Source: a virus
Taxonomy: Duplodnaviria > Caudoviricetes
Virus record (IMG/VR): IMGVR_UViG_3300032038_000010
Span: 72,946 to 136,945 of that record
Length of the DNA: 64,000 nt
Direction: 5' to 3' (one strand)
Below the pieces are notes generated by a model. That model had not been told where the DNA came from. It did no database searches and saw only the letters and a list, made by a program, of their open reading frames with translations. Position numbers and translations under genes: made by a program. Below, one piece after another: positions 62,335 through 64,000 of the stretch (its first letter is position 1; each line of letters starts with the position of its first letter).

Positions 62335-62485
62335 TTACTTACTTTGTCCAACGGCTTCTTAAAAAATTTTTCCCCCATTCCGCCCACTTTTCCTCAAAAT
62401 TCGTCCTATCTTCGTCGTAAATACGTCTTTCCCGACTTTACAATCTCTCTCTCCGAACTGGGAAATTTACTTAATCCCGCTCATT

Positions 62486-62674
62486 TTACATATATGCAGC
62501 GAAATCAATCTTAATCTTATTCTCGTGTCCCTTAGGACAATAGAACTTGTTATTCCATGTGCGGCACTCCCTCTGGTAGTACCACCGATTGCAGACCTCA
62601 CAAAAGCAAGTTCCAGCCACAATGTGGCCCTTTACCTGGACCGCCGCATCTCTAGTAATACCGCTTACTTTCAT
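62486..62674 (-). CDS. Small Zn-finger protein
   Basis: CEVC...CPKGH. Confidence 0.6.
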   Translation of the reverse strand: MKVSGITRDAAVQVKGHIVAGTCFCEVCNRWYYQRECRTWNNKFYCPKGHENKIKIDFAAYM

Positions 62675-63021
62675 TCTGTATACCTCATCCCATCAATAAA
62701 TCTCTCATGTGCATCTACTACTTGCTCAAGACCATAAACTTTATTTGAAAGGTTTTCATACTGAATATCATCAAGTGGCCGCAAAATCTTCACTATTTCA
62801 TTGAGGCTGGCCGCAATGTCTTCAAGATAAGGTGCATCACTTACCTGCACTACCATTCCCAAATGACGTTCTTTTCTCAAACTCTTCAGCTCTCTAAGCC
62901 ATGCCGCAAGCTGTTTATGTTCATCACCACATTTATCTCCACAATGCTGAGATGCAACTTCTTCACAATGCTCAATAGCGTCATCAATGTTTCTTTCAAT
63001 ACCGATTGTCTTGATTGCCAT
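62671..63021 (-). CDS. Hypothetical protein (EH.QLA.WL.ELK motif)
   Basis: AAGGAG RBS. Confidence 0.7.
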   Translation of the reverse strand: MAIKTIGIERNIDDAIEHCEEVASQHCGDKCGDEHKQLAAWLRELKSLRKERHLGMVVQVSDAPYLEDIAASLNEIVKILRPLDDIQYENLSNKVYGLEQVVDAHERFIDGMRYTE

Positions 63022-63185
63022 GTTAGTTCTCCTTTTGTATACAATACTTCATTTTTTACCTTATATATATTATAACAAAGATTTTATCCTTTTGCAAGAG
63101 TGACGCCAACCAAGGGCGGCCGCCTTGAAAATTATAAAAATTTATCATATAATAAATATAGAAAATAGAAAGGAAGTGTAACATT

Positions 63186-63467
63186 ATGACATTAAAGAAA
63201 CTTTTAAAGTACCTCGACCCTCTTACGGATATTGTAGTGTGGTCTAATTTTGATAAGGGTACACCTGACTATAACGATGAGCCTGAGTTTGAGGGTTCTG
63301 TAATGGATTGCCCTTGGTATCTTGCAGATTATAAACTTGTTGAAACAAAAGAAGCAACAGATGGTTATGATGGTATGTGGGTTGCCTATGATACAAATAA
63401 AAATGGCGCCACTATTCCTAAACTTATTCTTGAAGTTGATATGAAGGCGGATCTTAATGATAAGTAA
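63186..63467 (+). CDS. Hypothetical protein
   Basis: Promoter plus RBS. Confidence 0.7.
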   Translation: MTLKKLLKYLDPLTDIVVWSNFDKGTPDYNDEPEFEGSVMDCPWYLADYKLVETKEATDGYDGMWVAYDTNKNGATIPKLILEVDMKADLNDK

Positions 63468-63909
63468 AGCATTTACTTGTAATTGCGGATGCGGGAATAC
63501 TCTCGTCATTCATATTTTTGACGATAGTATTTCCTTGTTCTTTGCGGAAGCTTGTGACCATAGAGCCGTTAGAGATTTCTTCGATTATATCAAAGGACAT
63601 AAGTGTCTTTCAGATGTGCTCTTAACTGATAACGATTTTGATGAAATTGCTAATCTTTTAACAAGCGTCATTTGCGAAAACACACCCGTAGAAAATTATA
63701 GCCATATTAAATTTAATTATGATAAAGACTTTGGCTATTCAATTGAATTATATAATGACGACAAGTTTTGGCATTTCTTAAAGCATCCTGGTTATGTATA
63801 TAGCCTTGAAATCAATAGAGAAATGCAGTTATATATTTTGGGAGAGATTGCGGCGGCTCGCGCTAAGAAGGCGTCACATACCACGGCTGCCGCAGGAATA
63901 GGAGATTGA
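63457..63909 (+). CDS. Hypothetical protein
   Basis: 150 aa; CNCGC motif. Confidence 0.65.
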   Translation: MISKAFTCNCGCGNTLVIHIFDDSISLFFAEACDHRAVRDFFDYIKGHKCLSDVLLTDNDFDEIANLLTSVICENTPVENYSHIKFNYDKDFGYSIELYNDDKFWHFLKHPGYVYSLEINREMQLYILGEIAAARAKKASHTTAAAGIGD

Positions 63910-63910
63910 T

Positions 63911-64000
63911 ATGAAGATTATAAGTGAAGGTATAAACTATCGTATTTTCGACTCGTCTATTCAGACATTTAACCAAATCCCTGCAGGAGTTTATTCTGTT
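63911..64000 (+). CDS. 5' end of a gene (possibly AAA ATPase), truncated by the window
   Basis: AGGAG RBS; MKIISEGINYRIFDSSIQTFNQIPAGVYSV. Confidence 0.45.
   Translation, partial: MKIISEGINYRIFDSSIQTFNQIPAGVYSV

Noticed and set aside
1-64000. tRNA genes, including a CUA suppressor
   Set aside because: I saw no convincing cloverleaf or T-loop by eye. A suppressor may lie outside the window; tRNAscan or ARAGORN is needed.

Overview
This window is part of a large, AT-rich (about 30% GC by my estimate) tailed phage genome. Its sigma-A promoters, AGGAGG RBSs, amidase endolysin, anaerobic RNR and HPr-like gene suggest an anaerobic Firmicutes/Clostridia host. Layout: probable portal start (1-378, minus); phosphoesterase, PhoH and lysis genes (0.9-6.7 kb); an SPbeta-like replication and nucleotide module (gyrB/gyrA, ligase, ClpP, ThyX-like, SSB, Sak4-like, helicase, primase, RecJ, Pol III alpha, NrdDG, dUTPase, HPr, RuvC; 6.9-40.3 kb); a minus-strand terminase operon (40.4-45.5 kb); a SLOG/PARG operon; a 12-kb early region of small paralogous genes with repeated promoter cassettes (47.8-59.5 kb); and repeat-rich DNA near a DUF6291-like gene. 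Main observations: (1) 17 in-frame TAG codons occur in otherwise intact genes, and where family motifs are informative they fit Glu better than the Gln of code 15. (2) An 8-nt insert containing a stop and embedded in a hairpin splits the Pol III PHP motif, resembling programmed ribosomal bypassing. (3) Four group I introns carry homing endonucleases. (4) GCGGCCGC is extremely over-represented. (5) About 10 promoter-plus-hairpin cassettes may make small RNAs. All family assignments come from motif recognition, not database searches.
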